DNA of 64,000 nt from Escherichia virus KFS-EC, in sequence record MH560358; one strand, 5' to 3'. Position 1 is the stretch's first letter, and each line of letters starts with the position of its first letter. Shown here one piece after another: positions 15,210 to 25,126 of the stretch. The position numbers were made by a program, and so were the translations under genes. Below the pieces are notes generated by a model. The model saw only the letters and a list, made by a program, of their open reading frames with translations, was not told the origin of the DNA and searched no databases.

Positions 15210-17453
15210 TTACAGCTTGCAAGATGAGCACTCGCTAGCGTCTTCCGTACCATCTGCACCGTCGCGAACGTTCGCATAATACAGGGTTTTCAGACCGTAA
15301 TATTGAGCAAACAGCATATCATCTAACACATCAGCAATATCGACTTTACCAGTCTTATAAGTGCTTGGATCGTAGGATGTATTGGAACTAATCGCCTGAT
15401 CTACAAACTTCTGCATGATCGCTGCCAGTGTCAGATAAGGCTTGTTACCTTTCTTGATCAGTGTCCAAAGCAGGTCAATAACATCAGCATTATTCTCTAC
15501 GTTCGGAATAACCTGATTAAATTGCCCTTCTTTCGATCCTTTAACCGATACAATCCCGCGAGGCGGTTCAATACCGTTTGTGCTGTTAGATACCTGAGAA
15601 GACGACTCACAAGGCATCAGCGCCGAAAGCGTACTGTTACGAATGCCATATTTTTTCAGGTCTTCGCGCAGTTCTTCCCAATCCATCTCATACACCGGAT
15701 CAACCAGTTCATCTACTGTCTTTTTGTACCAGTCGATAGGCAGTTCACCGCGACCATAGCGTGTTTCGTGCATCAGTTCGCAAGCACCCTTCTCTTTAGC
15801 CAGTCGCACACTAGCCTTAATCAGAGCATATTGCAAGCGTTCAAACGTTTTATGCGTAAACTCGTTAGCGTCTTCATATGTGAAGAAATTATCTGCTAGA
15901 TATGATGCAAAGTTAGTAACACCAATACCCAGAGAGCGACGTTTTTTGGCTGTCAGAGCTTGTTCTACAGGATAATCCTGATAATCTAACAGGTTGTCAA
16001 GTGCACGCACCATAACCATAGCAATGCGTTCTACTTCTTCCATATTTTCGATATCAAAGTTTCCTAAAACATATGCTGCCAAAGTGCATAGGCTGATCTC
16101 TGAATCATCACGACCCATCGGTTTTGTTGGCAGAGCAATTTCACAACACAGGTTAGATTGTTTAATCGGTGCTACATTACGAATAAACGCCCCGTGATTG
16201 TTCATGTTGTCTGTGAACGTTGGGTAGATTCGACCAGTGTTAAAACGTTCAATTGCCACCGCTAAAAACAGGTCTTCGGCTTTAACACGAGTTTTACGAA
16301 CACTCGGATCTTTTTCCAGTTTTTCGTAAAGCTGGCGGAAACCTTCCTCATCTCGGAAGTATAGATCCCACAACAAGCCACCCGCAACATCTGGACTAAA
16401 CAGAGTAATGTAATCCCGTTTAAGGAATCGCTCTACCATCAGGTTATTAATCTGTACGCCGTAATCAAGATGACGAATGCGGTTATCTTCCACCCCCTTA
16501 TTGTTCTTTAACACAATCAGACTTTCAAACTCTAAATGCCACATTGGGTAATAGAGTGTCGCTGCCCCGCCACGAATACCGCCTTGTGAGCATGACTTAA
16601 CGGCAGTCTGAAAATGTTTCCAGAATGGGATAACGCCAGTATGACGAACTTCACCATGCCCGATCTTAGATCCTTCCGCGCGAATCATACCAGCATTGAT
16701 ACCGATGCCAGCACGCTTGCTAATATACTTGATGATTGCATTTGCTGTTTCGTTGATGCCCTGCAATGAGTCATCACTTTCAATCACCACACACGAACTA
16801 AATTGGCGTGTTGGGGTACGCACACCTGCCATAATCGGAGTAGGCAGAGAGATTTGCTTATTCGCAACAGCATTATAAAAATCAATCACATGTTCAAGTC
16901 GATTTTCTGTCTCTTCTTGATGCAAGCACATACCGATCAGCATATACGCAAATTGCGGTGTTTCAATGATTTTCTTAGTGCTGCGATCCTGAACAAGATA
17001 TTTCTCTTTTAACTGCATCGCACCAGCATAGGTCATTTTAAAATCAAGTTTATGGTCGATGAATTTCTCCAGATATTCCACTTCTTCACGGGAATATTTT
17101 TGCAGAATTTCGCGATCATATTTTCCGGTTGCAATATTACGCTCAATATGGCTATAAAAATCAATAGGTTGGAATTGACCGTATACTGATTTACGAAGCG
17201 CGAACATTGCAAGGTTACTTGCTACATATTGATAATCAGGTGTTTCTACAGTAATGTTATCTGCGGCGACCTTAATCAATACTTTCTGGATATCATTGGT
17301 AGACATACCTTCTGTCAGAAGTGGTTCAACCATATCAAACAATTCATATGGATCAACGTTATGACCTTCGGCTGCCGCTTCCAGAATTTTCATTACTTTT
17401 TCTTTTTCAAACGGAACAGTCAGACCGGAAGACTTAACAACATTTTTAATCAT
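15210..17453 (-). CDS. nrdA: ribonucleotide reductase large subunit (class Ia)
   Basis: 747 aa; active-site NLCCEI; C-terminal CSSC tail. Confidence 0.95.
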   Translation of the reverse strand: MIKNVVKSSGLTVPFEKEKVMKILEAAAEGHNVDPYELFDMVEPLLTEGMSTNDIQKVLIKVAADNITVETPDYQYVASNLAMFALRKSVYGQFQPIDFYSHIERNIATGKYDREILQKYSREEVEYLEKFIDHKLDFKMTYAGAMQLKEKYLVQDRSTKKIIETPQFAYMLIGMCLHQEETENRLEHVIDFYNAVANKQISLPTPIMAGVRTPTRQFSSCVVIESDDSLQGINETANAIIKYISKRAGIGINAGMIRAEGSKIGHGEVRHTGVIPFWKHFQTAVKSCSQGGIRGGAATLYYPMWHLEFESLIVLKNNKGVEDNRIRHLDYGVQINNLMVERFLKRDYITLFSPDVAGGLLWDLYFRDEEGFRQLYEKLEKDPSVRKTRVKAEDLFLAVAIERFNTGRIYPTFTDNMNNHGAFIRNVAPIKQSNLCCEIALPTKPMGRDDSEISLCTLAAYVLGNFDIENMEEVERIAMVMVRALDNLLDYQDYPVEQALTAKKRRSLGIGVTNFASYLADNFFTYEDANEFTHKTFERLQYALIKASVRLAKEKGACELMHETRYGRGELPIDWYKKTVDELVDPVYEMDWEELREDLKKYGIRNSTLSALMPCESSSQVSNSTNGIEPPRGIVSVKGSKEGQFNQVIPNVENNADVIDLLWTLIKKGNKPYLTLAAIMQKFVDQAISSNTSYDPSTYKTGKVDIADVLDDMLFAQYYGLKTLYYANVRDGADGTEDASECSSCKL

Positions 17454-17525
17454 ATTACCTCACTTCATATTTTAGCAGGAACAAGTTTATCCTCCATATT
17501 GGGGGGCTTTCGCCCCCCCTTTTGT

Positions 17526-18761
17526 TTATACTGCCATTTGAGCGGTGATTGCTGGATGGCTTTGATAGTTGTGAATTTTAAAATCTTTCGGAGTCTTTGT
17601 CAATACCTCATCTAAAGATTTAAATTCCGGCAACTCAATTGTTGGTTTATCAAACGGAACACGGCTTAACTGTTCCATAACTTGATCAAAATGGTTTTTG
17701 TAAATGTGGCAATCCCCACACTGATAAACCAGTTCGCCAACTTCTAACCCGCAAATCTTCGCGATGATATGCGTTAACAGTGCATAGCTCGCTACGTTGA
17801 ACGGATTCCCTAAAAAGAGATCATTCGAACGCATGAAAAATAAACAACTCAATTTGTTGTCGTTGGAAACATAAAACTGTACCATCGGATGACATACACC
17901 TAACACAGCATTATGCGTTTCCTGTACGTTCCATGAATCAATGATAATACGACGACTATACGGATCATTCTTGATCATGTCAATAACTTTTTGTAACTGG
18001 TCTTCCCAAATCTTCGGGCGATAGACATATTCTTCATCGTCTTTAGTGCTTGATGTGTCTACGTCCATACTAACAAACATCGTGGTATCTGGTGCTAAAA
18101 TATCCCCGCCCAGATAATCACTATCAAGCAGATAACCGAAATAACCATCATCTACCCATTCCTGGAATCCCCACAAGCAATATGCATCATTAACAAAATT
18201 AGATTGAGTCTTCCAGTGGTCTGCTACTAAGAATAGATTATATTCAGAATCAAACTCTTCATAACGCATACCACGCCAGATAGCACATAAACGGTCTTCT
18301 GTGTCATTGGTTGGCGTAAAGTCTTCTACCCACGGGTGCTTAAATGTATGTGTATATTTGCTCTTAACGCGCTTAATTTTGATTTCACCATGTGGATGAA
18401 TCGGTTTGCGTCGCCACGCCATACCATACATATTGCCGACATTATAACCATTGAATCGCAAAGGATTCTTTTCTTTCATATCAAGACAGTTACCGCGCCA
18501 AATGTCGAAGGCTTCTTCGTCAAACTGACCGCGTGTAATTTCCTGTAAGCGACGGCGGTCAAGTGATCCCTCCATAAACCATAGCAACTCGCCAATTATA
18601 GAGGCTGTAGCCATCTTTTTAGTGGTCAGTAATGGGAAACCCTTGCTTAAATCGATTCGCATCTCCGCGCCGAATTTAGAGAGCGTACCTACCCCCGTGC
18701 GGTCTTCACGAGGACAGCCATTATCAAGAACATCACGCAATAGTTTCAAATATTCTTTCAT
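17526..18761 (-). CDS. td: thymidylate synthase family enzyme with ~115-aa internal insertion
   Basis: DRTGVGT, SRRIIIDSWN, VCH, DLFLGNPFNVASY, HIYKNH motifs; 411 aa versus about 265-290 typical. Confidence 0.8.
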   Translation of the reverse strand: MKEYLKLLRDVLDNGCPREDRTGVGTLSKFGAEMRIDLSKGFPLLTTKKMATASIIGELLWFMEGSLDRRRLQEITRGQFDEEAFDIWRGNCLDMKEKNPLRFNGYNVGNMYGMAWRRKPIHPHGEIKIKRVKSKYTHTFKHPWVEDFTPTNDTEDRLCAIWRGMRYEEFDSEYNLFLVADHWKTQSNFVNDAYCLWGFQEWVDDGYFGYLLDSDYLGGDILAPDTTMFVSMDVDTSSTKDDEEYVYRPKIWEDQLQKVIDMIKNDPYSRRIIIDSWNVQETHNAVLGVCHPMVQFYVSNDNKLSCLFFMRSNDLFLGNPFNVASYALLTHIIAKICGLEVGELVYQCGDCHIYKNHFDQVMEQLSRVPFDKPTIELPEFKSLDEVLTKTPKDFKIHNYQSHPAITAQMAV

Positions 18762-19002
18762 CCCACATCACCTTTTTCTTATTGATTGCTTTCTTACGCA
18801 GTTTTGCTACTGTCTCGTCAATGTCTATAAAGATAACACCACGGTCGAATATAGTAGCAGGTCTTGATATATCGCTATTTTCTTGCACAGGAAGCCATGA
18901 TGCGCTAGCTTCATCATAGAGATATTGTAAACCGTAATAATCTACGGCTACTGCGTAGTTTTCACTGGTAGCCGTCCATAATTGAATAATACCGACTTTC
19001 AT
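18733..19002 (-). CDS. hypothetical protein (89 aa)
   Basis: ORF-track frame; start at internal ATG; overlaps td start. Confidence 0.35.
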   Translation of the reverse strand: MKVGIIQLWTATSENYAVAVDYYGLQYLYDEASASWLPVQENSDISRPATIFDRGVIFIDIDETVAKLRKKAINKKKVMWDERIFETIA

Positions 19003-19095
19003 TATTGTTCCCGTCCGCAATGTAAACACCGACTACCAGCAAACATCAAAGATTCACCACAATGTTTGCACTCATAATCTGTCAGAATTTTCATG

Positions 19096-19665
19096 TTACA
19101 CCTTCTTACGTTCTAAAATTTGTTCGCTGATCAGGTAATCATCAAGGAAGTAACTATGTTCTTCTTTTGTTGCAAAGTCAAAATATAATTCCTGAATCAT
19201 TTCCTTAGAGATCCCAACATCATATTCGAACGGATCATTAATTCCTGCTCGTTGAACATATGTTAACACAATACGATCCGAAAAGTCAACCGCTTTTTCA
19301 ATCAGGGAAGGTCCGCCGATAACACTTACCAAACCTTGCGTTTTCTCTAGGGCTTTTAACAGATCCTTCAATTCAATTCCAGTATACACATCAGGTTGGT
19401 CGCCGTTTTTAGCTTTCGGTTCTGGCTTGTTGGTATCGGTGCTAACAACCACATTCAAACGTCCCCAAAGTGCTTTAGGCAGACTTTCAAAGGTATTGCG
19501 TCCCATTACTACCGCAGAAAAATCAACCTCGCCAATAGTGCGGATTTGAAAGTTTTCCATATCTTTTTTGATTGGACGACCCCACGGTAAACCGCCTTTA
19601 AAACCAAAAGCCCAATTTTCATCCGACATTTTAGTGTTACCAATCGCAAATACACATTGAATCAT
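19096..19665 (-). CDS. frd: dihydrofolate reductase
   Basis: GGLPWGRP motif; 189 aa; directly upstream of td. Confidence 0.85.
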   Translation of the reverse strand: MIQCVFAIGNTKMSDENWAFGFKGGLPWGRPIKKDMENFQIRTIGEVDFSAVVMGRNTFESLPKALWGRLNVVVSTDTNKPEPKAKNGDQPDVYTGIELKDLLKALEKTQGLVSVIGGPSLIEKAVDFSDRIVLTYVQRAGINDPFEYDVGISKEMIQELYFDFATKEEHSYFLDDYLISEQILERKKV

Positions 19666-19681
19666 AATATATGATCTCCTA

Positions 19682-20011
19682 TTAAATCAGTTTAAAGAAG
19701 TTTTCGTTTACATTTTCTTCGGTGATTGCTGTCTTAAATTCAGTCCCATCATCAGGAGAAACATAATAGCGTTCGGAATAATCACGCCACATTTTCAGTA
19801 AGCTGACACCGACATTGACACCGTTTTCCCAGAAACGGAATACAATTTTATGTGCGGTGTAACGATAATCACTTTGAATCAAGCTACCATCACCGCGACG
19901 GGATTCATAAACAGTAATACATTCACGGTTAGCGGCTTTAAGGCATTCTTCAATAGTGCCGCACGAGATAATACTTACTTTTTCATCTACGATTTGTTCT
20001 ACAGTCCACAT
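19682..20011 (-). CDS. hypothetical protein (109 aa)
   Basis: ORF track. Confidence 0.45.
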   Translation of the reverse strand: MWTVEQIVDEKVSIISCGTIEECLKAANRECITVYESRRGDGSLIQSDYRYTAHKIVFRFWENGVNVGVSLLKMWRDYSERYYVSPDDGTEFKTAITEENVNENFFKLI

Positions 20012-20042
20012 AATATAGTCCTCTCTTTGTTTCGATGTTTGT

Positions 20043-20070
20043 ATTATACATCATCTGTGTTCGGCGTCAA
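20043..20070 (-). promoter_or_regulatory. sigma70-like promoter TTGACG-N16-TATAAT
   Basis: Minus-strand motif upstream of gene 19682-20011. Confidence 0.5.
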
Positions 20071-20396
20071 CCTTTTTGTTCCATGAAAAGCGGTGCTGTT
20101 TCTTCTTTCAGTTTAATAACTAGCGCGGAAACTTCATCAAGAAAATCTTTTTCCATATGAGCAAGCATTGATTTAGAATCTTTGATGACTCTCAAAGAAT
20201 ATTCACTTAGATTTCCTTTTCCTAACAATAATGCGGGACACACACTATGTGGGATCTCGATTTCATGATATTCACTCATAGTATAATATTTGTGAATTTT
20301 TAAATCTATATTTCTTCGTTGTACGTCTACATCAGCAATGACATACAGACGTTCGATTTTATCACTTTTTTGAGAAAGGGTAGCATTCAAAAACAT
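20067..20396 (-). CDS. hypothetical protein (109 aa)
   Basis: ORF track. Confidence 0.45.
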   Translation of the reverse strand: MFLNATLSQKSDKIERLYVIADVDVQRRNIDLKIHKYYTMSEYHEIEIPHSVCPALLLGKGNLSEYSLRVIKDSKSMLAHMEKDFLDEVSALVIKLKEETAPLFMEQKG

Positions 20397-20426
20397 TGTT
20401 AATCCTCCGTTGTTTCGATGTGTGTA

Positions 20427-20454
20427 TTATACATTACCACATCAGCATGTCAAC
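20427..20454 (-). promoter_or_regulatory. sigma70-like promoter TTGACA-N16-TATAAT
   Basis: Minus-strand motif upstream of gene 20067-20396. Confidence 0.5.
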
Positions 20455-20478
20455 ACCTTTTTCATAAAATTTTAGGCA

Positions 20479-20505
20479 ATAAAAAAGCCTCCCCGAAGGA
20501 AGGCT
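20479..20505 (-). terminator. rho-independent terminator (GC hairpin plus T6) after gene 32
   Basis: AGCCTTCCTTCGGGGAGGCT hairpin followed by TTTTTTATT on minus strand, downstream of gene 32 stop. Confidence 0.55.
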
Positions 20506-20515
20506 TTAAAATTCA

Positions 20516-21484
20516 TTACATCCCTAACAGAGCGTCAAGATCATCCAGATCAGAAGCGGAGGAAGTACCGCCACCCAGGTCCAGAGATGCCATCAGGTCA
20601 TCAGCGGAAGAACTCGACGCTGCGATAGCTGCGGTAGAAACAGACGCGGCGATAGCTGAGGTAGTGCCAGCATCGAATGCATTCATCTGTGCGTCAAAAT
20701 CGTCAAGCTGGCTGTTAATCGCTGCCGCAGCACTGGAAGCCGCCGCACCAGCTACCATAGAAACGCCCATAGTTTTCTTAAATTTGGTTTCCAGTTCATC
20801 GAACGGTTTAAACTGGCTAGGCGCTACAATCTCACCCAGATCAACCATGTTTTCCATCAGATATTTCTGATATGCTTCGTCTTCAATCTTCGGAAGCTGT
20901 GATTGCTGCATGAAACGAGAATCATCATAGTTCTGGTGTTTATCAACCTTCTTAGCTTTCAGGAGGAAGTTAGCACCGGAGAACACACAAGTTACATCTA
21001 CCGGAACTTCGCCCATATCGGTATTCACGTTCACCATTGCAACGATCTTATCATAAATTTTCTGACCGAAGCGGAATTTGAATACATTACCTTCATTTTC
21101 TGGTGCTTGAGGATCTTTCAGTACCAGAATATTTGCGTAGTAAGAGGCTTTACGCTTAATCAGTTGCCATTCGGTTTTATCGGTATTGTACAGGTCTTTT
21201 TCGTTAATATATTTGCACACAGGGCAAGAATCAAAATCACCGTGGGTGCTTGAGCAGTTTTCCCAATACCATTTACCATTAACTTTGAAGGAATGGTTTA
21301 CCAGTTTCACAATCGGCAGACCGTCTTCTGTCTTAGACGGCAGGAAGCGAATCAGGGCTTCACCGTTACCTGCTGCATCAGTCTTAATCTTCCACTCTTT
21401 CGGGTCTTCTTTGGAGAAACCGTTGCCACCTTTCAGTGCGGCCAGTTGAGCTTGCAGTTTGGAAGAATCTTGGCGTTTAAACAT
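20516..21484 (-). CDS. 32: single-stranded DNA-binding protein
   Basis: Zinc-binding [14 protein letters not shown]; acidic Ala/Ser/Asp-rich C-terminus; start at internal ATG with SD AAGGA. Confidence 0.95.
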   Translation of the reverse strand: MFKRQDSSKLQAQLAALKGGNGFSKEDPKEWKIKTDAAGNGEALIRFLPSKTEDGLPIVKLVNHSFKVNGKWYWENCSSTHGDFDSCPVCKYINEKDLYNTDKTEWQLIKRKASYYANILVLKDPQAPENEGNVFKFRFGQKIYDKIVAMVNVNTDMGEVPVDVTCVFSGANFLLKAKKVDKHQNYDDSRFMQQSQLPKIEDEAYQKYLMENMVDLGEIVAPSQFKPFDELETKFKKTMGVSMVAGAAASSAAAAINSQLDDFDAQMNAFDAGTTSAIAASVSTAAIAASSSSADDLMASLDLGGGTSSASDLDDLDALLGM

Positions 21485-21520
21485 ATTCACTATTCCTTCT
21501 TTTGATTAATTTACTAGACT

Positions 21521-21548
21521 ATTATACAGATTTAAATTTACTTGTCAA
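21521..21548 (-). promoter_or_regulatory. sigma70-like promoter TTGACA-N16-TATAAT upstream of gene 32
   Basis: Exact consensus hexamers on minus strand. Confidence 0.55.
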
Positions 21549-22225
21549 CTATTTGTTTCGGCTTTTAATTGAGATATTTCTTTACACTCTTTAACTACTT
21601 TAACAAATAATGCTCTTGCTTTTGCGGCGTCAATAACAAGTAGTTTCTTGTACGCCTTCATTTTAACACTATAAGTTTGCCAAATCAAGTCTTTGGCTAC
21701 CTTGTCGTGTGCGTCGATTATATTTAGAAAGCTATCTAACAACATAAACGACTCAAACGATATAATCCGATTTTGCAGTAGTTTAAAGATACCGCTAGTT
21801 TCGGTTGCGGGATTGTATGTAATTAGCTCTTTAAGAGTAACCCCGCGTTTCTCTGAGAAGTATACCAGACTTTTAATGTCATCGTCAAATCGTGTTGCCG
21901 CATCAGTGATTTTACCGATGTACTCCATGTAAAACCCGTATGCGTCAACATCAGTGATTTCACCTACCCATGCATCGGTATTAGCTACCAGATTGCTTAG
22001 GAATAGGAAGTATAATTCTCTTAGATTGTACTTTTCCGCTAATTTTGCGAAATAATACTTATCTCTGCGTTTATTGAATGCGGCATTAGACAACCGCATC
22101 CTCCAATTGTATTTTACGCAATCATAACGCCCGTTCATATGAGCTTTCATCATGCAATATAACATATACACAGATTTAGCATTAATTCGCATATCTGGAT
22201 CTGGAGGAAGACGGTTTCTGATCAT
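21545..22225 (-). CDS. 59: helicase loader (gp59-like)
   Basis: 226 aa; position directly upstream of gene 32; YNWRMRLSNAAF...ISFESFMLLDSFLNIID. Confidence 0.75.
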   Translation of the reverse strand: MIRNRLPPDPDMRINAKSVYMLYCMMKAHMNGRYDCVKYNWRMRLSNAAFNKRRDKYYFAKLAEKYNLRELYFLFLSNLVANTDAWVGEITDVDAYGFYMEYIGKITDAATRFDDDIKSLVYFSEKRGVTLKELITYNPATETSGIFKLLQNRIISFESFMLLDSFLNIIDAHDKVAKDLIWQTYSVKMKAYKKLLVIDAAKARALFVKVVKECKEISQLKAETNS

Positions 22226-22234
22226 ACATACCCC

Positions 22235-22504
22235 TTAAATATCGAGAGTGTTGGTCGGTTCGTCGATCACTCCCTTCCTGAGCGTTCTATTTACTATACA
22301 TTCTTGTGTGATCTTGTCAATAATGGACACCGGAATATACTTCTGATAGTGACCATATTCGATAGAGTTTTCCTCTACAAACTGCGTTGTCGCTTCAAGA
22401 TAAGTCAATCCCTTTTCAACAACCAGTTTTTCGATTGCAAGACCGTTTGCTGTTTTGTTCGCGGCTTTTACCGCATGTTCATTAAGCATTGAACACCCGA
22501 TCAT
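22235..22504 (-). CDS. 33: late transcription accessory protein (gp33-like)
   Basis: Position and size; start uncertain. Confidence 0.55.
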   Translation of the reverse strand: MIGCSMLNEHAVKAANKTANGLAIEKLVVEKGLTYLEATTQFVEENSIEYGHYQKYIPVSIIDKITQECIVNRTLRKGVIDEPTNTLDI

Positions 22505-22757
22505 AGAGTTCTACCGCTTCGTCGCGTTCTGCTTCGAAGGTTTCTCGCTGTTGCTGGTGATACAGTTTAAACAGAATGCCCCACATTTTACCATCTACGC
22601 CTAATTCTTCTTTAGCACGCTGTTTGATCTCTTTGATCTTATCGCCATATGCTTCTTGAATGGTTTTCTGATCACTGGCTTCTTTAATCAGTTGTGCCAG
22701 GGTATTTCCGTGCACTGCTTCGTCAAATACTACTTTTTCTTTTTTCTGTTCAGTCAT
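22482..22757 (-). CDS. dsbA: DsbA-like dsDNA-binding late-transcription protein
   Basis: 91 aa; position between rnh and 33. Confidence 0.6.
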   Translation of the reverse strand: MTEQKKEKVVFDEAVHGNTLAQLIKEASDQKTIQEAYGDKIKEIKQRAKEELGVDGKMWGILFKLYHQQQRETFEAERDEAVELYDRVFNA

Positions 22758-22761
22758 AATA

Positions 22762-23358
22762 TTAACCCTCTTTCGTCATTAATTGAAAACCACGTTCAGC
22801 TTTTGAAATTTCGCTAGGACTTAAATCGTCACCAACATATTCTAGCATCATTTCTCGGATAATGTCAAGTGCTTTTTCATCACCTGATTTTAACTCGAAC
22901 TCAAGTTCATAGTGAGCCTCTCCCATTCTTTCGCCGACTTTGCAATAATAGAAAGTGTCTTTGCACATTTCCACTATAGCACCCTCAAGGTCAAGTGTCA
23001 ATGACTTGCGGTATGTCATTACTTGAAGTAAAGGAACGATAAGGTCGGAGTTTACGCCTAGACTATCAACATAGTGATAGAAATCATCCGTTGTTGAAAA
23101 AGTAATTTCTTCTCGGTTGAAGAGTCCAGATTCACTATCACCTATTTTGACCATGATCAATGATCTATTAACGTCAAGTCGAGCATAAATTCCTTTTCGA
23201 CGTAGTGCATGATCTTCGGTATCATAATAAAATTCGTGTTTTAGAGTGTTAGCACGATCTACTAGATTGTACCCGTCATACATTGCTACCCACAAATCAC
23301 AGATTGTTTCGACGCCAATTTGTGAGTGTGCATAGTATTTTAATTCAAGTTCTTTCAT
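22762..23358 (-). CDS. CYTH-like (triphosphate tunnel metalloenzyme) domain protein
   Basis: N-terminal ExExK (MKELELKY), central RRKGIYARL...VKI and C-terminal YELEFELK acidic strand pattern. Confidence 0.45.
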   Translation of the reverse strand: MKELELKYYAHSQIGVETICDLWVAMYDGYNLVDRANTLKHEFYYDTEDHALRRKGIYARLDVNRSLIMVKIGDSESGLFNREEITFSTTDDFYHYVDSLGVNSDLIVPLLQVMTYRKSLTLDLEGAIVEMCKDTFYYCKVGERMGEAHYELEFELKSGDEKALDIIREMMLEYVGDDLSPSEISKAERGFQLMTKEG

Positions 23359-23368
23359 ATGTCAACCC

Positions 23369-24316
23369 TTAGAACTCACCAATTTTCTGCAACATTTTAA
23401 CCAACGCATTTGTTACAAAATAGTTATAAATTTTACCGCGTGGTGCTGGTTTAGATTTTTCCCATGCTAACAAAATTTCATATTCGATGTTATCGGGAAT
23501 AAATTCGAAATCAATAAGTTCGCGGTTTTCGTCAAAGCGTCGTGCTTCTTCCTCTGTCATCAAAGACTTTGGATCTTCGGCATCGAAAATTTGCTCTAAC
23601 CATTTGGTTGCAATTGGTTTAGCCCTTTCTCCTTCCAGTCGTGAGATAATGAAATCACTACGGCACTTGATAGAAGCTACACCGTCTTTTGCGTCACCCT
23701 TAACACATTTTACCATAAGGTCTTTGTAAGGGCTACCATATTTGCATTTCTTCCACGCTTTCTGTACTGGCGCCCACTGTTTCACGTTTTTGTATTTGTG
23801 CAACTGTGTGTAGTCACCATCGCCTGAGTTGATCAGCACCTGGCGACCTTCGACAGAAAACTTTTTAGTTAATACAGCGATTATATCATCTGCTTCAACT
23901 TTGTCAACCTTAATAACGTGATAAGGCATGTTCTCTTTAAACTCTTCGGTGATCTTATTGATCGCAGCAAAGATCATCTCCCAATCACGCGGATCTGCGT
24001 CTCGTTTTTCCTTACGGTTGCGTTTATAGTAAGGGGCGATATCACGTCGCCAGTAACCTTTGCTTGAATCAAAAGCAAGTACCGTAATAGGGTATTGCTC
24101 TTTGAATTTTGTCATATTATAACGCATGGTGTCAAGGATAAGATGACGGATCATGCCTTCATTAATAGGATCTTCCGGTTTAAAGGTATGTGAGATAGTA
24201 GCAATCATAAGCTGCGACATATCAATCAAATGCACACCTTCCGGCAGTTTATCTTCTGGATCATCAAAGAAATCATTAAGTGTAGCGGTAGTTTTTGTAA
24301 ACGGGTTATACGTCAT
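23369..24316 (-). CDS. rnh: RNase H / FEN-type 5'-3' exonuclease
   Basis: 315 aa; acidic active-site clusters (GDGDYTQLHKY); T4-like position upstream of the tail-fibre genes. Confidence 0.85.
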   Translation of the reverse strand: MTYNPFTKTTATLNDFFDDPEDKLPEGVHLIDMSQLMIATISHTFKPEDPINEGMIRHLILDTMRYNMTKFKEQYPITVLAFDSSKGYWRRDIAPYYKRNRKEKRDADPRDWEMIFAAINKITEEFKENMPYHVIKVDKVEADDIIAVLTKKFSVEGRQVLINSGDGDYTQLHKYKNVKQWAPVQKAWKKCKYGSPYKDLMVKCVKGDAKDGVASIKCRSDFIISRLEGERAKPIATKWLEQIFDAEDPKSLMTEEEARRFDENRELIDFEFIPDNIEYEILLAWEKSKPAPRGKIYNYFVTNALVKMLQKIGEF

Positions 24317-24318
24317 AA

Positions 24319-24504
24319 TTAAGTTCTCTCCACTCTCACAACAACATATTCGCCAAACGAGTTAGATACTTCACGATCATACCCGTATTTCTCCATAACT
24401 CGCAGAATTGCATTGTTTAATTCGGCACGGAAATAATTGTAATCCTTATCTGGGATTCTGTCAACTATCCATTTTGCACCGTCTGACAAATCAACTTTAA
24501 CCAT
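24319..24504 (-). CDS. hypothetical small protein (61 aa)
   Basis: ORF track. Confidence 0.35.
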   Translation of the reverse strand: MVKVDLSDGAKWIVDRIPDKDYNYFRAELNNAILRVMEKYGYDREVSNSFGEYVVVRVERT

Positions 24505-24510
24505 AATATA

Positions 24511-25092
24511 TCATCCTCTTTTTGGAAAATTTAAATAAGCATACTCGCCAACTATTTCATGTGCTGCACGGTCATAAGCCTTAGCCGCCTCAACTTCTGT
24601 CTCAAAGTATCCTAGATGTATATTCTTTCGATTGATAACAATATACGCCTTCCACGGCTTTTTCTTGCTTGGTGATAATGATACACCTTTATATTTGCTA
24701 TGGCAAGCCTTTTTCTTTGAGACGTTAAACTGATTTTGCTGTTCGGTTGCTTCTCTCATGTTTGACGGTCTATTGTTAGTTTTGTCTTGGTCTATGTGAT
24801 CTATTCGTTCAACCTGAGTACCATACTCTAAAAACCAGACAACTCTATGTACAAACAGATTAAGTTTATGACCATTGTTGTAAAATGTAAAGTATAAATA
24901 TCCTTCTTTATGGAGACATACCCTTACCACATCACCTTTTTTGTATATGGACCCTTCTTTTCGGAATCCAGCAGCTACAGAATCCTTTAAATGGTATAAT
25001 ATTCCATCGACATGATAGAATCTACCTTTTATCGCTTTCTGTGTCTCGATATCCCAAAATTTTGTTTTTGCCACAACAAACACCACACACAA
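24511..25092 (-). CDS. HNH homing endonuclease with C-terminal AP2-like DNA-binding domain
   Basis: HRVVWFLEYG...IDHIDQDKTNNRPSNMREAT (HNH_3) plus YKGVSL...WKAYI...LGYFETEVEAAKAYD (AP2-like). Confidence 0.7.
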   Translation of the reverse strand: MCVVFVVAKTKFWDIETQKAIKGRFYHVDGILYHLKDSVAAGFRKEGSIYKKGDVVRVCLHKEGYLYFTFYNNGHKLNLFVHRVVWFLEYGTQVERIDHIDQDKTNNRPSNMREATEQQNQFNVSKKKACHSKYKGVSLSPSKKKPWKAYIVINRKNIHLGYFETEVEAAKAYDRAAHEIVGEYAYLNFPKRG

Positions 25093-25126
25093 TAAATAAT
25101 TTCATATTATAACAGGAGACCCAATA

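Noticed and set aside
17526-18761. Group I intron or intein in td
   Set aside because: The ORF is continuous and the extra segment is translated in-frame; it lacks intein terminal residues (no N-terminal Cys/Ser, no C-terminal His-Asn), so it is treated as a protein insertion.
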